From contig JAPEUD010000096.1 in NCBI GenBank assembly GCA_026026165.1, positions 1-64,000 of the forward strand: a DNA stretch of 64,000 bases, given 5' to 3'. Under the pieces are notes generated by a model. The model made no database searches and was not told the DNA's origin. It saw only the letters and a program-made list of their open reading frames with translations. Source of the DNA: Sarea resinae. Lineage: Eukaryota. Positions within the stretch are counted from its first letter, which is position 1, and every line of letters begins with the position of its first letter. This document shows, piece after piece, positions 49,401 to 62,836 of this stretch. The position numbers and the translations under genes are program-made.

Positions 49401-51357
49401 ATGAGAGGGAGTACGGCGGCTAAAGATATTGAAGATGCTTCCAACGAACTTGGGTCACTTCTACACATTCAATATTGTGCTCCATTCCTGCATCATTTTC
49501 ATGCATGGTTAAGGTCTCTGCCGATCGAACTGCATCTGGTAACTGGTTCAAAAATCTCCGATGCGGTCAAGTTTCAATGTCATTCGTTCATTAATTACAT
49601 GCAGGCAGAAAGAACGATTCTGTCTACATACATATGCAGGGAGATGGCTCATATCCATCCAATGCCGATCAACAACGGAGCAGCAGCAGCGTCAAGCTAT
49701 CGAGTGGTCCAGACGGTAAACCTCGGCCGAGGAGATATGGAGTCCTTGCGTTCCTTATCTGATTGGGTAGCGCGTGAAGAACCATGAAGTGTGCTGCCAA
49801 AAAGTCGCAGATCCTTGATTGACCCTGGTCGTCCGTGGGAGGCAAAACAAGATGCCTACTATGAGCTGCGCAATAGAGCAGAGACTTCTGCATACGAGTG
49901 TAATCACTCCAGCACCGAACTCGATATCTGGAGAATGGAGGTTGATCTCAAGAGTCGTCTAGAGTCTTCTGGAGTCGGGGTCGCGTCGGTGTCTTGAATC
50001 GTGAAGACAATCTCCACATCTGATTGCTTGACTCCGACTTCGGTGCTCAGATACAGAAGTATGGATCCATCTCAACGTCGCTGGCCATATATGGACGGGG
50101 GAACGTCCTCGTTATTATCGTCGTCCTTACTCTAGGTGATACTACTTACGTACGTACGCTGCTTGGAGTATCGAGGAGTTAGGGGAAGTAGCTAATAGTA
50201 GTAAGGAGAACCCATGCGACCAGTAGCCCTGACTACTACGAGTAATTGTGTGTCCCATGATACAGACATCCAAGCACCCGGCCTTTTCATAAGGGTAAAG
50301 ATCGACGCATTGGCAATGCTTACCATCCTTTTAAGGTTGAGTCGAAGGCCACGTACGACGTACCATGTAGGGAGGTACCTGGCCACCAGCATTTAAAGGT
50401 TCTGATGGGGCTTCAAGTTCTTTGCGAACCTCTTCACCTGAACGAGGCGATAGCATCGTAGAAACCAATCTTCATAGAACTTTACTGCCATCGTCGAGAA
50501 AGAAACTCTAGAATCGTGACTGTTTGGGGGGGGGGCACGGGGCGGATGGGTGTGAAGAGGGAATCGGCGGAAGTACCTCGTATATGAAGTTGATATACGG
50601 AGTACAATCGTTGAGCCTCCTACCCTGCAGTGCCCAAGCCCTCTTGCTGTACAAATCGAAAGATTATGCTGCGGGTCATCCGAAAGATCGCTTCAAGCCT
50701 AACCAAAGAGCTGGAAGGGACTATGATGTATGGAGTATGCTAGCGAAGAGCTTCTAGACCTCTAGCCTGCGCGCCAGATTTGCAGATGGACGATTGGAAC
50801 AAGGCAAATCAAAGCGACTGGTTCTCAGCGACCCTTACCACGATAATTTCCGATACCCACAACCGGAATGTCGACATGGTTTTGGGCTAAGCCGGCAATG
50901 GCATTCTGCAGAACTAGGGGTCACTTAATTTCGGTACTATGTCTGAGCTTCCACGTCTGAAATACGTGTGCCATGAATGAGCATTGGGCCTAGTGCCGTC
51001 TTCAACAGTAGACCGCATTGTTTATTGGCACTGGTAAATAGTAACACTCAAACTGATGAAAGGTTGTAATTCGTAGGATGCACGAGAGCGTCGAAATAGG
51101 AAGCAAGGGGTTGCTTCATCAGGTGCAACATCAAACCCGGGCAGGTAAACGTGTAATCGAAATGCTGTACGTCATGACGTCTATCAGACACTGTCAAGCA
51201 AGGTGCTTTCTTCTCTCCACTGAGCTTAGGAAAGGATTGAACTTGTGGCAGGGACACGACATCTTGTTGAGGCACCATCGGAGAATTTGTATGAACGCTG
51301 CGGGATGCATCTCTCGTTTCTCTTGCGAACTCTCTTGCTCCATCTCTCTCGCTGCAT

Positions 51358-53874
51358 CTAATGTTGATCCTCGGACTCTGTATAGAACCACGGCTTACGC
51401 GCTCCATAAGGTTTGCCTGGGAAATTCAACGGCATAGGGACATGTCCGTTGAAAATGTCCATACTAGGAGTCTCATCTTGTCCAAGACGCTCTGACACTT
51501 CGGGTATAGGTATGATAACACCACATTCCCAATTTCTGCAATTGAGCTTCGGCGACTTGGTTGCTCGATCTTTTACTAGTCTGCCCCTATTGGCTGTATC
51601 TCAGTGATTGACTCCAATACGGATACTAATCATAATACTCGCAATGATCCGACTTACCATGCGCTTTCAGAAAGGTTTGCACTGCCAATATATGCCCATC
51701 CAGCGTAGGGTCGAAGTTCATGCTCCGGCAGAGTTTTTGGGATCCGTGTGAAGATCATCTGAATTATTCTATCAGCGACAATCAGATCTCGCGACCGGGT
51801 GAGTGCAAACCTTGTTATGCATCAACATTCGTTCTCTTCTGCTTTTGCAATCACGCATAACTTCTCGAGGAAAGGTGTCTGCCAAGTACCATCTGGATTG
51901 GAAACATATGGTACCAGCATTCTTCATCGGTCAGCGTCCGACTCTGTCTCCACGAGAAGGCCTTTTCGTTAACCTTCGAATATAGCTGGTGACTTACTCT
52001 TGGCCCACCTTTGCTACGCTCTACTGTCTCCATGCTAGGAAAATAAACTCGGAAATTGTTTTTTACCCACTCCTCGGTTTTTCTCATAACTCTGGACGCT
52101 TCTATCCAATCGCTCGAAGACTTTGCTTTCGCGGAAGTGTTGACTCTATAGTTATATTCTATAGAGCCGTCGTCGCCTAGGAATATTAGTTTTGCTTCTA
52201 CCTTTGGGTTCTACCGACACCCTACCTTGAGCCGCAAGGTATATTTGCTTCAAGAATCCCTCGTTGACAGCACCAATTGAGGACGCCTACAGTCGTTAGA
52301 GTGTTCGTAAGTTTTATTAGGGAGCGTACCACGAAGTCTACTTGAATGGGCGCTTTGCAATCCAATCCGAGCTTTAGTATCGCTCTTCCAAGGCCGCAGT
52401 AGCCGGTTCGGGTTCGATCATCTCGCGTATGAGAGCCACCTCTGTAGATTGATCAGTACCAGAAGACAGAAGAGAGCTGGTACCGGAAGATGTAGTTAAA
52501 CAAAACAAGACTAACATGGTATGTACGAAAGCCAAATGGCTCGTCTGAGAGAAATCAAATTTGAGTACGCCCTGAAGGACATCTTCTTGAAGGCCTTCCG
52601 CTTCTAAGAAATGGAGCAGTTCTTCACCAAAGAAAGTCAGCTTTCGTTTAGCTCGCTCGCTCTCGGCCAATCTAGGTAAATCAATAAGATACACCGTCTC
52701 GAAGATATTAGCCATGGTTTTCAAGCTTGGCTACCAGATCTCACATTCTCCATGATACCAGTCTCGCCCCAGTCGTAGGGCACAAGATTCGCAGTCGGCA
52801 CCACAATACGAAGGTAACTATCGTAGAAGAGCAGCATCAATTTAGAATGCATGCAATTGACTTGTCCATCCATCGACGGAAAGCATAGGCGTAAGTTTGG
52901 TAAATCTCGGGTCTCTGTGAGATACTGTTGTTTCTACGAGTGGTGTGAGCCATTGCGTACAGCTGAAATTGCAGAGGACATACCACTGCCTCTTCTTTCG
53001 CTTGCATAACAAAGATCAACCTTGTCCTGGGGCGGTCAAGCTTTCGCATAAGCCAGCCCACGTCCCATTGAAAAGAGCTGAAGACTGCAATATTGAGATC
53101 CTTTCTGTGGAGAACTTCTTCGATTTTGATATCATCATGCCTGGCGTAGCCTAGAGCCCAGGTTTGCTTGATGATGCCGCGGGGGTATTCCAACTCGTTG
53201 AAGGAAGACGATTGCTGGAAGGTGTCATTCTGGAAAGTAGCGAGATCCTCTGCGCTCAATCTTCCAGGGTTCGGCGGTAAATGTGCTTTAGGTACTGAGC
53301 GCTTGTTATCTGCGGTAGCTGCGTTGTCAGCGCCTATAGCAGTGCCTCCTGATATTCGGAAATGCTTCGCGACGTTTGAGTCTTCGCGGGATTTTTCATC
53401 ATCTGAAGAATCCGCTAGATTGATGAATTGAGGACTATCCTTTCGTTGGGCTTTGCTTGGCCTGCGTTCTTCTGATCCCAAAGACGGCGGAGATATGGAC
53501 ACTAGTCTCTTGCGAGCCAGCCGCTGTTCCTCATCCCGTTTACGATCCAAGCCCGAGATTCCATAAGAGGTTCTACTCTCGGGTTGAGAGGACTGGTAAT
53601 CTGAATGTATAGAGACAGCTCGATTACGAGCATCCTGACAGACGGAAGCGTCTCCGGACTCTCTAGTACTCTTCGCCATTTGTTCGGCTGTGCCATTGCG
53701 ATCTAGAACTTGGGTCTCAGGTATGTCAGCTCCTGCGGTCAAATCGATGACTGCAGATGATGATCCGCTCCTCTTGTCCGGTTTGGAAGCTGGTGACAAC
53801 AACTGCTCTTGCAAGGATAGCTGAATTGCTCGCCGGAGATCTTCATCTTCATCCGAATCCATCGTGAATTCCAT
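51358..53874 (-). CDS. Tyrosyl-DNA phosphodiesterase-like phospholipase D/nuclease with N-terminal UIM
   Basis: Multi-exon. UIM-like DEDEDLRRAIQLSLQE, DDIKIEEVL, CMHSKLMLL, TANLVPYDWGE, LMHNK, YIGSANLSESAWG, RNWECGV and PWF. The start could instead be 53862. Confidence 0.85.
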
Positions 53875-54566
53875 CAATCTGTTGCGTCTTTTTGGTGAGT
53901 ATCAAGGATAGAAGATGGAAGGAGTATGTTCGAATATGAGGTGAATGACTGCAGCACAGTGCCAAACACCTTCAAAGATTTAGTGTTACATGACCGAAGA
54001 GAATGGAAGTGGAAGTGAATGTGTGAGTCCGGGGTGTCTACATACACAGATAGAAGGTGCACTTAAGTCGCGTAAGCACCTGGGCGGTGAGGCGGGCAAG
54101 GAACGCGCATCCACGTGAGGAACAGATGGGTACTACGTAAGTCACCACAAGGAAGTTGAGCGAACCTTGGAAGCCATGATGGCCCCTCTCGCAGTTCTGG
54201 AGATGCACGCCCCACCACTCTATTTTCATTGCTACCCTACTTCAATGCTCGAAGAGGGGCTGTGTATGATTACATTCTATGTATATATCAAATGGGAAGG
54301 TAAAATTAGTGGGAGTGTCCGCCATGACAGTCCAGGTGTATGTTCCAATAGAAGCTAACTATCTTGAGTGTATAGCCGCTGTGAGTACACCGAAGACGCC
54401 GGATCGAAGAGCATATTTCTCTTCCCAATTCATCCTTCCAGATTTTGCGCCATAGTACTATCATATGAAATCAGACATAGAGTAATGGGATTGGCTAGCG
54501 CAAAGGACACTCTTAAAATGATTGCCGCCAATAACGAAGAATGTCTGGGAGCAATAGAGCAAATAA

Positions 54567-56793
54567 TCAGAAGGCTGCGAATTCGGCTTTTGCGGCTGTC
54601 ATTGCCTCAAACGCCGCTGCTTTCGCGGCCGTCTTGCGTCCCCGCCTCACGTAAGCCAGGAGACGGAGCGCCCCAGAAGGTGTCATCTACGAATTTTAGT
54701 GTAAGCATGGGCCGCAATAGTGGTAGACTATGAAAGAGGAGAAAGAGACTTACCCCCTCAATGCGCCGCGCCTGGCCCACGCTCTCTGGCCGTGTGATAC
54801 GTAGCAGAGCGCGCTCTTCCATTGATAGTCCATGAACGCGATCATAGTCTAGATCGGCGGGTAGACGCAAATTCTCGTCTTTCGCAAACACGCGCATGGC
54901 TGCCTGCTGCTGCTCCACGTAGGGAGCGTAGACGCCCTCGATGGCAACGCGAGCTCGGGCTCGGGATGAAAACCCTTCAAGGCCAGTAACATGCGGGGCC
55001 AGCATATCCAGTGTGACACCAGTCAGGCGCAGTAGATCAAACGCGGAACGGTGCAGCGAGTCCTGGTGCACACGGAATCCACGAGAGAGCCAGACAGGGG
55101 CACTGCACTTAACACCCCGTAGGAGAGCTATCAAGGCATCAATTTCGTCATTTTCCGCGATGAAGTGTGCCCAGCGGGAGTCAGAAATAATACCAGCGGC
55201 GCGGCCAGCGGGCGTGAGGCGGCGGTCAGCATTGTCGGCACGCGCACTCATGCGGTATTCGCTGCGAGCCGTGAACATACGATAAGGTTCGCTAACTCCT
55301 TTTGTGATCAAGTCATCGATCATGATGCCGATGTAACCGTCGCTTCGGGAAACAATCAATTGGGGTTTCAATTGAGAGGAGAGGCCAGCGTTGATGCCGG
55401 CTATTATGCCTTGGGCGGCCGCTTCTTCGTAACCTGTCGTACCGTTTATTTGCCCGGCGAGGAATAGACCCTTGATCCTCTTTGTCTCGAGGGTTGCGCG
55501 CAAATTGCGCGGATCGACGTAGTCATACTCAACGCCATAACCGGGCTGTAGCATCTTAACATTCTCAAGTCCTTTGACAGTCTTCAGCATCGCTTCTTGT
55601 ACTTCAGCTGGTACTGTCATGGAGACGCCGTTGGGATAAACAACATCAGTATCAAAGCCTTCAGGTTCGAGCCAGATTATGTGTTGAGCTTTGTCAGAAA
55701 AGCGGGTGATTTTAGACTCGAGAGAAGGGCAATACCGTGGACCTTTCACAGTTTCCCGGATATGGATACTCTTGTCTAGATTCGCACGAATTATCTTATG
55801 AGACTCCTCGCTAGTATAAGTAGCATAGCAATTAAGCTGATCTTTGACTTGCACAGAGTCGTTCATGTAGCTGAAGGGCATTGGTGGCTCATCCCCAGAC
55901 TGTATTTCGAGTTGTTTGAAATCGATCGACTTGCCCTCGAGTCGTGGAGGAGTGCCTGTCTTTAGACGCCCAAGCTGAAATCCCGCTTCTCGGAGGGACT
56001 TGCTGAGGCCAAACGTAGCAGCTTCTCCCATTCTACCTGACGGGAAGACTTCGAGGCCTATCTCCTATCAGCTTTGAGTCTAGTAGGAATCAAGGTAGTG
56101 CCCACCAATATGTATCTCGCCACCCAAAAATGTTCCGGTCGTGATAACTACATGGTTCGTGTCGATGATCTCTCCGGTTTCTAACTTTACGCCGGTGATT
56201 CGTCCAAGTCGACCTTCATCGTTGGAATGATCCTTCTGCACAACTATATCCGCCACGCTTCCCTCAACGACTGTAAGGTTTCGGTACCCTACGAGCTCTT
56301 CACGCATATACTTCTTGTATAATGACCGGTCAATTTGCGCTCGAGGCCCCCAAACGGCTGGGCCTTTCTTTCGGTTCAGCACTCGAAACTGAACGCCGGC
56401 TTTATCCACTATGCGTCCTGCGACCCCATCTAGAGCATCGATTTCGCGAATCATTGTGCCCTTGCCAATTCCGCCGAAGCTCGGATTGCAGGAGCAGACA
56501 CCGAGATTGTCAAGGCTAGGCGTCAGAAGAGCTGTCCGTGCTCCCGACCGGGCTGCGGCTGCGCTGGCTTCACTTCCTGCATGACCGCCGCCAACAACCA
56601 CAACGTCGAAACGTCTTCTGAGGTTTACATATCAGCATTCATGAAGGATAGGCATTATCTTCGACAACGCGAAATTATAGTACCTGGCATTGGACGCGAC
56701 CGTGGCAAGACTTCGCCGGCAGTCCAGCGTAAGCCGTGTGCGAGGGGTATGACCCCATCCAAACAAAGCTCCTGATCGTAGTGAGACCTTCAT
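54567..56793 (-). CDS. MTO1: Mitochondrial tRNA U34 modification enzyme (GidA/MnmG family)
   Basis: Arg-rich presequence; [57 protein letters not shown] and EPYRMFT; last exon [13 protein letters not shown]...AAF*. Confidence 0.96.
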
Positions 56794-57303
56794 CTTGGAG
56801 CTGAGAGATGGTTGCCAAAAGGCATGTTTGGAAGCAGTTACAAATTTACATTTGGGTGCACGACTACCGTGGCGAATGGGAAGTAGCCCAGCGGACTGGA
56901 GGACCTGAGGTACAGCGTATTGGATGTAGATTCTTCGGGTTCGGAACAACATTTCAGCGTGGGAGGTTCCGGGCTGCCCCAGGTAGGTGGATGGATTTTC
57001 GTCTCCCGTATGGTCCGGATGGCTGCATGAAAATCACAAAGTTCATGAACTCGAGTCATACGGTCTATCCATCTCACTCGATATTACCCCTAATGGTGTT
57101 TTTTGGTAGTCTAGATCTCCCTTTTAATATCAGGACACTCCACATGAAGGCGTGCTTCGAGTTCAACTTTTAGATTTCATGTCGAGGGACTGGACCGTTT
57201 CCCTCTCCGTCTTAAAGTTCCAGCAATTCAAAAACTCCTCCCCGTATATTACAAGGATATCTGCTTGAACCTGCACCAAGAACGCCGCAATAGGTCATTC
57301 CAT

Positions 57304-59362
57304 TCACCTGCCGATCGATCTGTTCAGCCTCCCCGCCGCGCTGTTTGGAGCTGGCTCTGGCCAACTGTTCGTAGCATCTTCTACTTCCGCTAAAAACGTT
57401 GAGCTGTTATGCACACCCGTCCCGCCCAATACTACCCTAACTCCGGGCGAGCTAGCATTGACTTGCGCCACCATCTTACTTTCCTCGAATGTTGTGCCGC
57501 CGACGATGAAGACTATAATATCCTGCGGTTTGTCCCTCGTGGTACCTGCGCCTTCGACGAAAGGGTACTGCTGCTCTCGCAACCGGCCCTTGATCAAATT
57601 CTGTAGGGTTAATTCTAGGCGAGGGGAATGTTGCGTGTAAACATTTTCTACCCCTTTGAGGCCCTTGAAACGATCCCGAGCGCCAGAAAATATTGATGCA
57701 GAATCGAAGAGATCGGTGAGACCACCGGCGGCAGCAGAGGATTGCAATGAGTTATGGTAAGTAAGTAATTTTGGAATCAATTCGATTCGGTGATGAGGTA
57801 TGTTTCCAGCTGCAGACAGAAGTTCCAGTAGAACAGGTAGAGCGCTTGATGGGTGCTTTTCGTAGCGGAGAGAGTAGAGAGCCACAAGTCGGAGTTTGCA
57901 ATCTCCAGGGATGTTCGGGGACGGTATCAATCTTTGGAGAGTCTAAATCTGTGAGCATTCCGAAATATCTGACAATCAACAAACAATCTCAGTATATACT
58001 GACCTTCAGGTCATTGACATGGTTGTCATTGCACGCCAAGCTTTGCTCCAGCTCACTGACATCCAGCAGATTCTCTTCACCAACCCGTCTGCTTAATTCA
58101 CCGACTAGCGTGACATGCTTGCTAACATTTCCAGACAATTTTCGGAATTCAGGATAATCTTCAACAAAGCGCTTCATATCCGCGATTGACTCGATATTCA
58201 TAGTACTTTTTGTCTTTGACTGATATTGCTCCACATAGTCTTTGATATTGCCGCCGAGGTCGCCAAAGTTGAGATACATGTTCTTCTTGAAAAAAGGATC
58301 CTGGTCTTGTGAGAGGACGATTTCCTGGGAAGCTGTCAGTTACGCTTCGTAAGCAAGACCGCTCGCGATTGTTCCACTACCTTAAGCTCTGGCCGGACGT
58401 CTGGTAGATCACTGAGATCAACTCTCCCATTATGGATGCCAAGTAGTTCATGAACCATTGCTTGATATGTCCACTGGGTCAACAATGGCGTGACTGGATC
58501 ATCTCGACGATCCAGAAGCAATAAAATAGGTGGCGTATCCGTCCTTCGGAAATCAAATAATTGCTCCTCTTGCGTCATCTGATACCTTACTTCCGTAGCC
58601 AGCTTCTTGCACAACAGACTATTCTTCTCATACCGTATAAGAGGCTTCTTCTTCAACGACAATAGCAATGCGATTACTCCCTCGGTCGCACGTTGAAGAG
58701 AATCGGTATTCCAGAGATCCGGATTGTTGCTCCATATTCGCTGTTTCGGGTATCCTAAATTTAACGAAAACAGATCCGGATTGATGACAATGTAGTCCGC
58801 AAAGTATTCTTGCACGGTTCGCACGACTTCGTGATCGTCTGCCTCCGCTAACCGCTCGAGGGAAGATTTGCGGATGATATTACTGAAATCTGAGCGGGAG
58901 TATCAGCGATACAGTCGCGGCGTGAATATTCGAAGCACTCACATATAGAATACTCTCCGTATTTTGGATCTCTGACTTCATCGATGAGAAATTGGATGGT
59001 GTCCGGCGATGGGCGCACGAAGCAGAGGCATCGAAGATGTCGCATTTTCTCTCGAGCTTGATTATCCAGCCGGCTGTTTGCGTCCTCGTCAGTATGCACT
59101 CAGGCTTTATGGAGCTCGAAAGGCACGACCAACTCGATTAGGTAGACTTCATGGTTGAGGAGCGCAGATTGTGTGATGGCAGTCGATACAATGGAGACCT
59201 AGCCCGTCATCAGTATGTGCTGCAAGGCCGGCCGCCAATCTGGCCTACAGTTTCACTATCAAGCAGAAGAATCTTCATCTTGGCGGAGGAGGTCCCGCTT
59301 GCCCCGTCCCCGGCCGAGACCATCTTCGAGACATATCCGGACACCGCTGCGACGACGTCCAT
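57304..59362 (-). CDS. VPS45: Sec1/Munc18 family vacuolar sorting protein Vps45
   Basis: MDVVAAVSGYVSKMV, KMKILLLD, DRRDDPVTPLLTQWTYQAMVHEL, ENVYTQHSP and IVGGTTFEE. Confidence 0.96.
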
Positions 59363-60010
59363 CTTGGCTCTTGGTAGCTCCCCAGTCGTGACGTGGGGTC
59401 CGTGGAGTGAGAAAGAGCTTGACCGAAAAGGCGAACATTCAAGATGCCATGTGAGGCCAAAGAGATTGGATCAGGAGGAACATGGACAGAGGATGACGCG
59501 CATGTGGACACGGCCCTGGAGTCGGAACAAATCAAATGGATATTCTAGGGATCAGGTCCGAAGTCATTACTAGGTACCTACTACTGCACGGCTGCGGTAC
59601 CCTTGTGCCGCAACAGCACCGCCCAGGTACCTCAGGCAAGGCGGGTCAGGCAAGGTACAGTAGGTACGGGGTACACATCGGCATCCACCATCCACGCACG
59701 AAGCTCGGACGCGGTGTTTGGTTGGCAAGCAGCCGCAATTCTTTGGTCCCCCTCTGTCATACCTCACCGTCATATGGCACTACCTACCTACCTAGTAGGT
59801 ACCCGTGGACGGTAGGTGGTAGGTACCTTAAGTAGGTAGGTAGGTATAACTAACTCTACTGTCCCCAACAAAGCTTCACCCCGCGACGTTTTGCTCAATA
59901 CAATATTATTACCCCCGAATTTACCAATACCGCTATAATGCGTCGCTGTCGCGGTTGATGGGATATCCACAGATAATTTCGTGAAATCGAGGCAACCTTA
60001 GTAAGCCAAG

Positions 60011-62165
60011 ATGTTGCCATACATCAGCCTCCGTGAGCAAGCGCGCGACTTCCAACTTTCCCTCGTGTTCCCTCTGACGTCGTTTGCTGTTGCAGCTTTC
60101 GATCACCTCGCCGATGCCACGGGGGCTAAATCCGACGATTGTAAGTTCCTGGGGAGTCGAGGCTGCCAAGCCGCCGGTCCACATTGTGCTCACGAATACC
60201 AGTAAAACTCGTCTTTTCATTCGTACTGTCATACCCTCTTGCTGCTGTCCTGAAGCGCATACCGGATGCCAAACCGTATCAGAAGAACCTTTTCATAATA
60301 GGGTGAGTAGCTGTCTGTCGATTGCGGAGGAGCGAGTAGCTGAGGAGCATCGAAGTGTGTCATTATTCTACCTGATCGGTCTGTTCGACCTATACGATGG
60401 GATTGGGACACTGTTCATCAGCTCCGCGGGCGCCTACGCGATCGCAGCGTTCATCGAGGGACCATATATGCCATGGATCGGTTTTGTCTTTGTAATGGGG
60501 CATATGTCTGTCAGCCATATCTATCGGCAATCCCATAATCCGTCAGGCAGGGTGGATATCTCTGGTAAGCGAGAAGAGGCCATGTTGGAGCTCGACTTTA
60601 AGGCTAATGATTTGCTCGGATTTCAGGCGCGCAAATGGTGTTGGTGATGAAGGTAGGAAAACACATCTTCCCAGGGAAATCGCGAAATTAACAGTTTTTC
60701 CAAAGCTCACCGCTTTTTGCTGGAACGTACACGATGGTCGTCTGCCGCAAAAGAATATCACCGAGTTCCAGAGAGCAAGGGCGCTTCCAAAACTGCCCAG
60801 GCTACTAGATTTCACTGCCTATGTGGTAAGTGAACTTTGGCATCCATGGTCCTCTGGACATATGTAGCTAACGATAAAGCTCTTCTTCCCATCGCTCTTC
60901 GCTGGTCCAGCCTTCGACTACATCGAATACCACCGATGGATTGAGACAAGCATGTTCGAAGTTCCTCCCGGCACCGATCCGTCTAAACATCCACCCACCC
61001 GCAAGAAGCGGAAGATTCCTCGAAGCGGCACTCCGGCCGCCTGGAAAGCCGCTGCGGGCCTCTTCTGGATCTTTGCATTCATGAAATTCTCAGGCTGGTA
61101 CTATCCCGAGCTTCTTCTCGGTGATGAATACATGAAATACGGCTTTTTGCGCCGAGTCTGGATCCTTCACATGCTTGGCTTCACCGCGCGTTTGAAATTC
61201 TACGGCGTCTGGGCCCTAACAGAAGGCGCTTGCATCTTATCTGGTATCGGCTACAAAGGCGTTGATTCGAAGACGGGCAAAGTGCATTGGAATCGTTTGC
61301 AGAATGTCAACCCATGGGGTATCGAGACGGCGCAGAACACGCGGGCCTACCTCGAGAATTGGAACATCAACACCAATCTCTGGCTACGGAACTACATGTA
61401 TCTGCGTGTAACGCCACAGGGTAAAAAACCTGGGTTCCGCGCCAGCATGGCAACGTTCATCACCAGCGCATTCTGGCATGGCTTCTACCCGGGCTATTAC
61501 ATGACGTTTATGCTCGCAAGCTTTCTCCAGACCGTCGCAAAAAGTATGACTTCTCTTTTAGTTTTGCTTTGCTTTCCCTGATTCCCCTTGTTTCCCACGC
61601 AAAAAGCATTGCCTAATGGATTCATAACGCAGATTTCCGCCGCCACGTGCGCCCCTTCGTCCTCACACCCGACGGCACGCGCCCCCTCCCGCGCAAGCGA
61701 TATTACGACTTCCTCAGCTACGTAGTAACGCAGCTCGCCTTCTCCTTTGCTGTATCCCCTTTCATCCTCCTCACCTTCCCTTCGTCGTTCCTTGTCTGGT
61801 CCCGCGTCTACTTTTACGCTATCGTCGGCACCATTGCCTCGATGGCCTTTTTTGCCTCCCCGGCCAAGAAATGGCTTATCGAGCAGCAAAAGAAGCGTGC
61901 CACCCCGCCTAAGATTCGCATCAGCAGGAGCGATAGTACGGATAGTGCAAATGGTGCGGCGTCCAGTCGAGAAACAGAGCCTATCTTGGGCCTACCAAAT
62001 GATCCTGAAAGAGAACTTGATGAGATTATCGCGGAAGTCAAGGAAGAAATGACTAAGAGGGGCTTGTTAGGTAGGGATGCGAATGGCAATGGTAAGAACG
62101 TCGGTGTCAACGTTGGGGAGGAGTTTAAGAAGGCTGTACTTGAGAAGTTGGATAAGAGGAAGTAA
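60011..62165 (+). CDS. ALE1: MBOAT lysophospholipid acyltransferase
   Basis: Multi-exon. DISGAQMVLVMK, FFPSLFAGPAFDY, NWNINTNLWLR, SAFWHGFYPGYY and C-terminal KLDKRK. Confidence 0.93.
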
Positions 62166-62736
62166 AGGGATGGCCTAAGTTTGGTCTCATTCTCTTTGGG
62201 TTGCCGGCTTGAAGAGAGCTTCTGGCCTGGAAATTATTAGACGACTTCAGACTGACACTTATGCAACGGGATGGGGTGGGAATAAAAGTTGATCATTCAG
62301 GTCTATCAGATATACATAAACTAGTACAAAGATCTTTTTTGCATGATCATCTTCTGAATCCTCCAAAACCATTACAGCCCCTATACTCTCTCTCCTCCCT
62401 CCATTGTCGGGCTATATATACGCCTATGTGTCTCGGGATTCCGGTCGAGTTCTTTGCTAGAATCTGCAGCACTCAAACAGTAACATTCATCCTGCTTTCG
62501 CTACAGGACTTTACTGCCCGGTAATTCTATCAATGCCAACTGTACCATAGGAGAAAAGATGCCGAGATATCCAAAGATGCTCGAGCTCACTATGATTGTA
62601 CTTTATCTTAGAGGAGGTGAAATCTTTGGTACAGTGGTTCAGATCGGATTTAAGCAAGATAGTTATGATATCATCAATGATGAAATATACAGCTAATATG
62701 TGTACCTAATATACTTCCACTTTCCGCGTGGAGCGC

Positions 62737-62742
62737 ACGCGT
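62737..62742. promoter_or_regulatory. MCB-like box ACGCGT upstream of the RFC subunit gene
   Basis: Exact hexamer about 95 bp before the ATG of a replication gene. The motif is short, so a chance occurrence is possible. Confidence 0.4.
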
Positions 62743-62836
62743 AAATTCGACTCCGCCCGTCACGTCCCCCCCCCCCCCCAAACGCCGACAGCACCTCAGT
62801 ATTGACGTGGCGATTTCATCCACCCACAACTTTACG

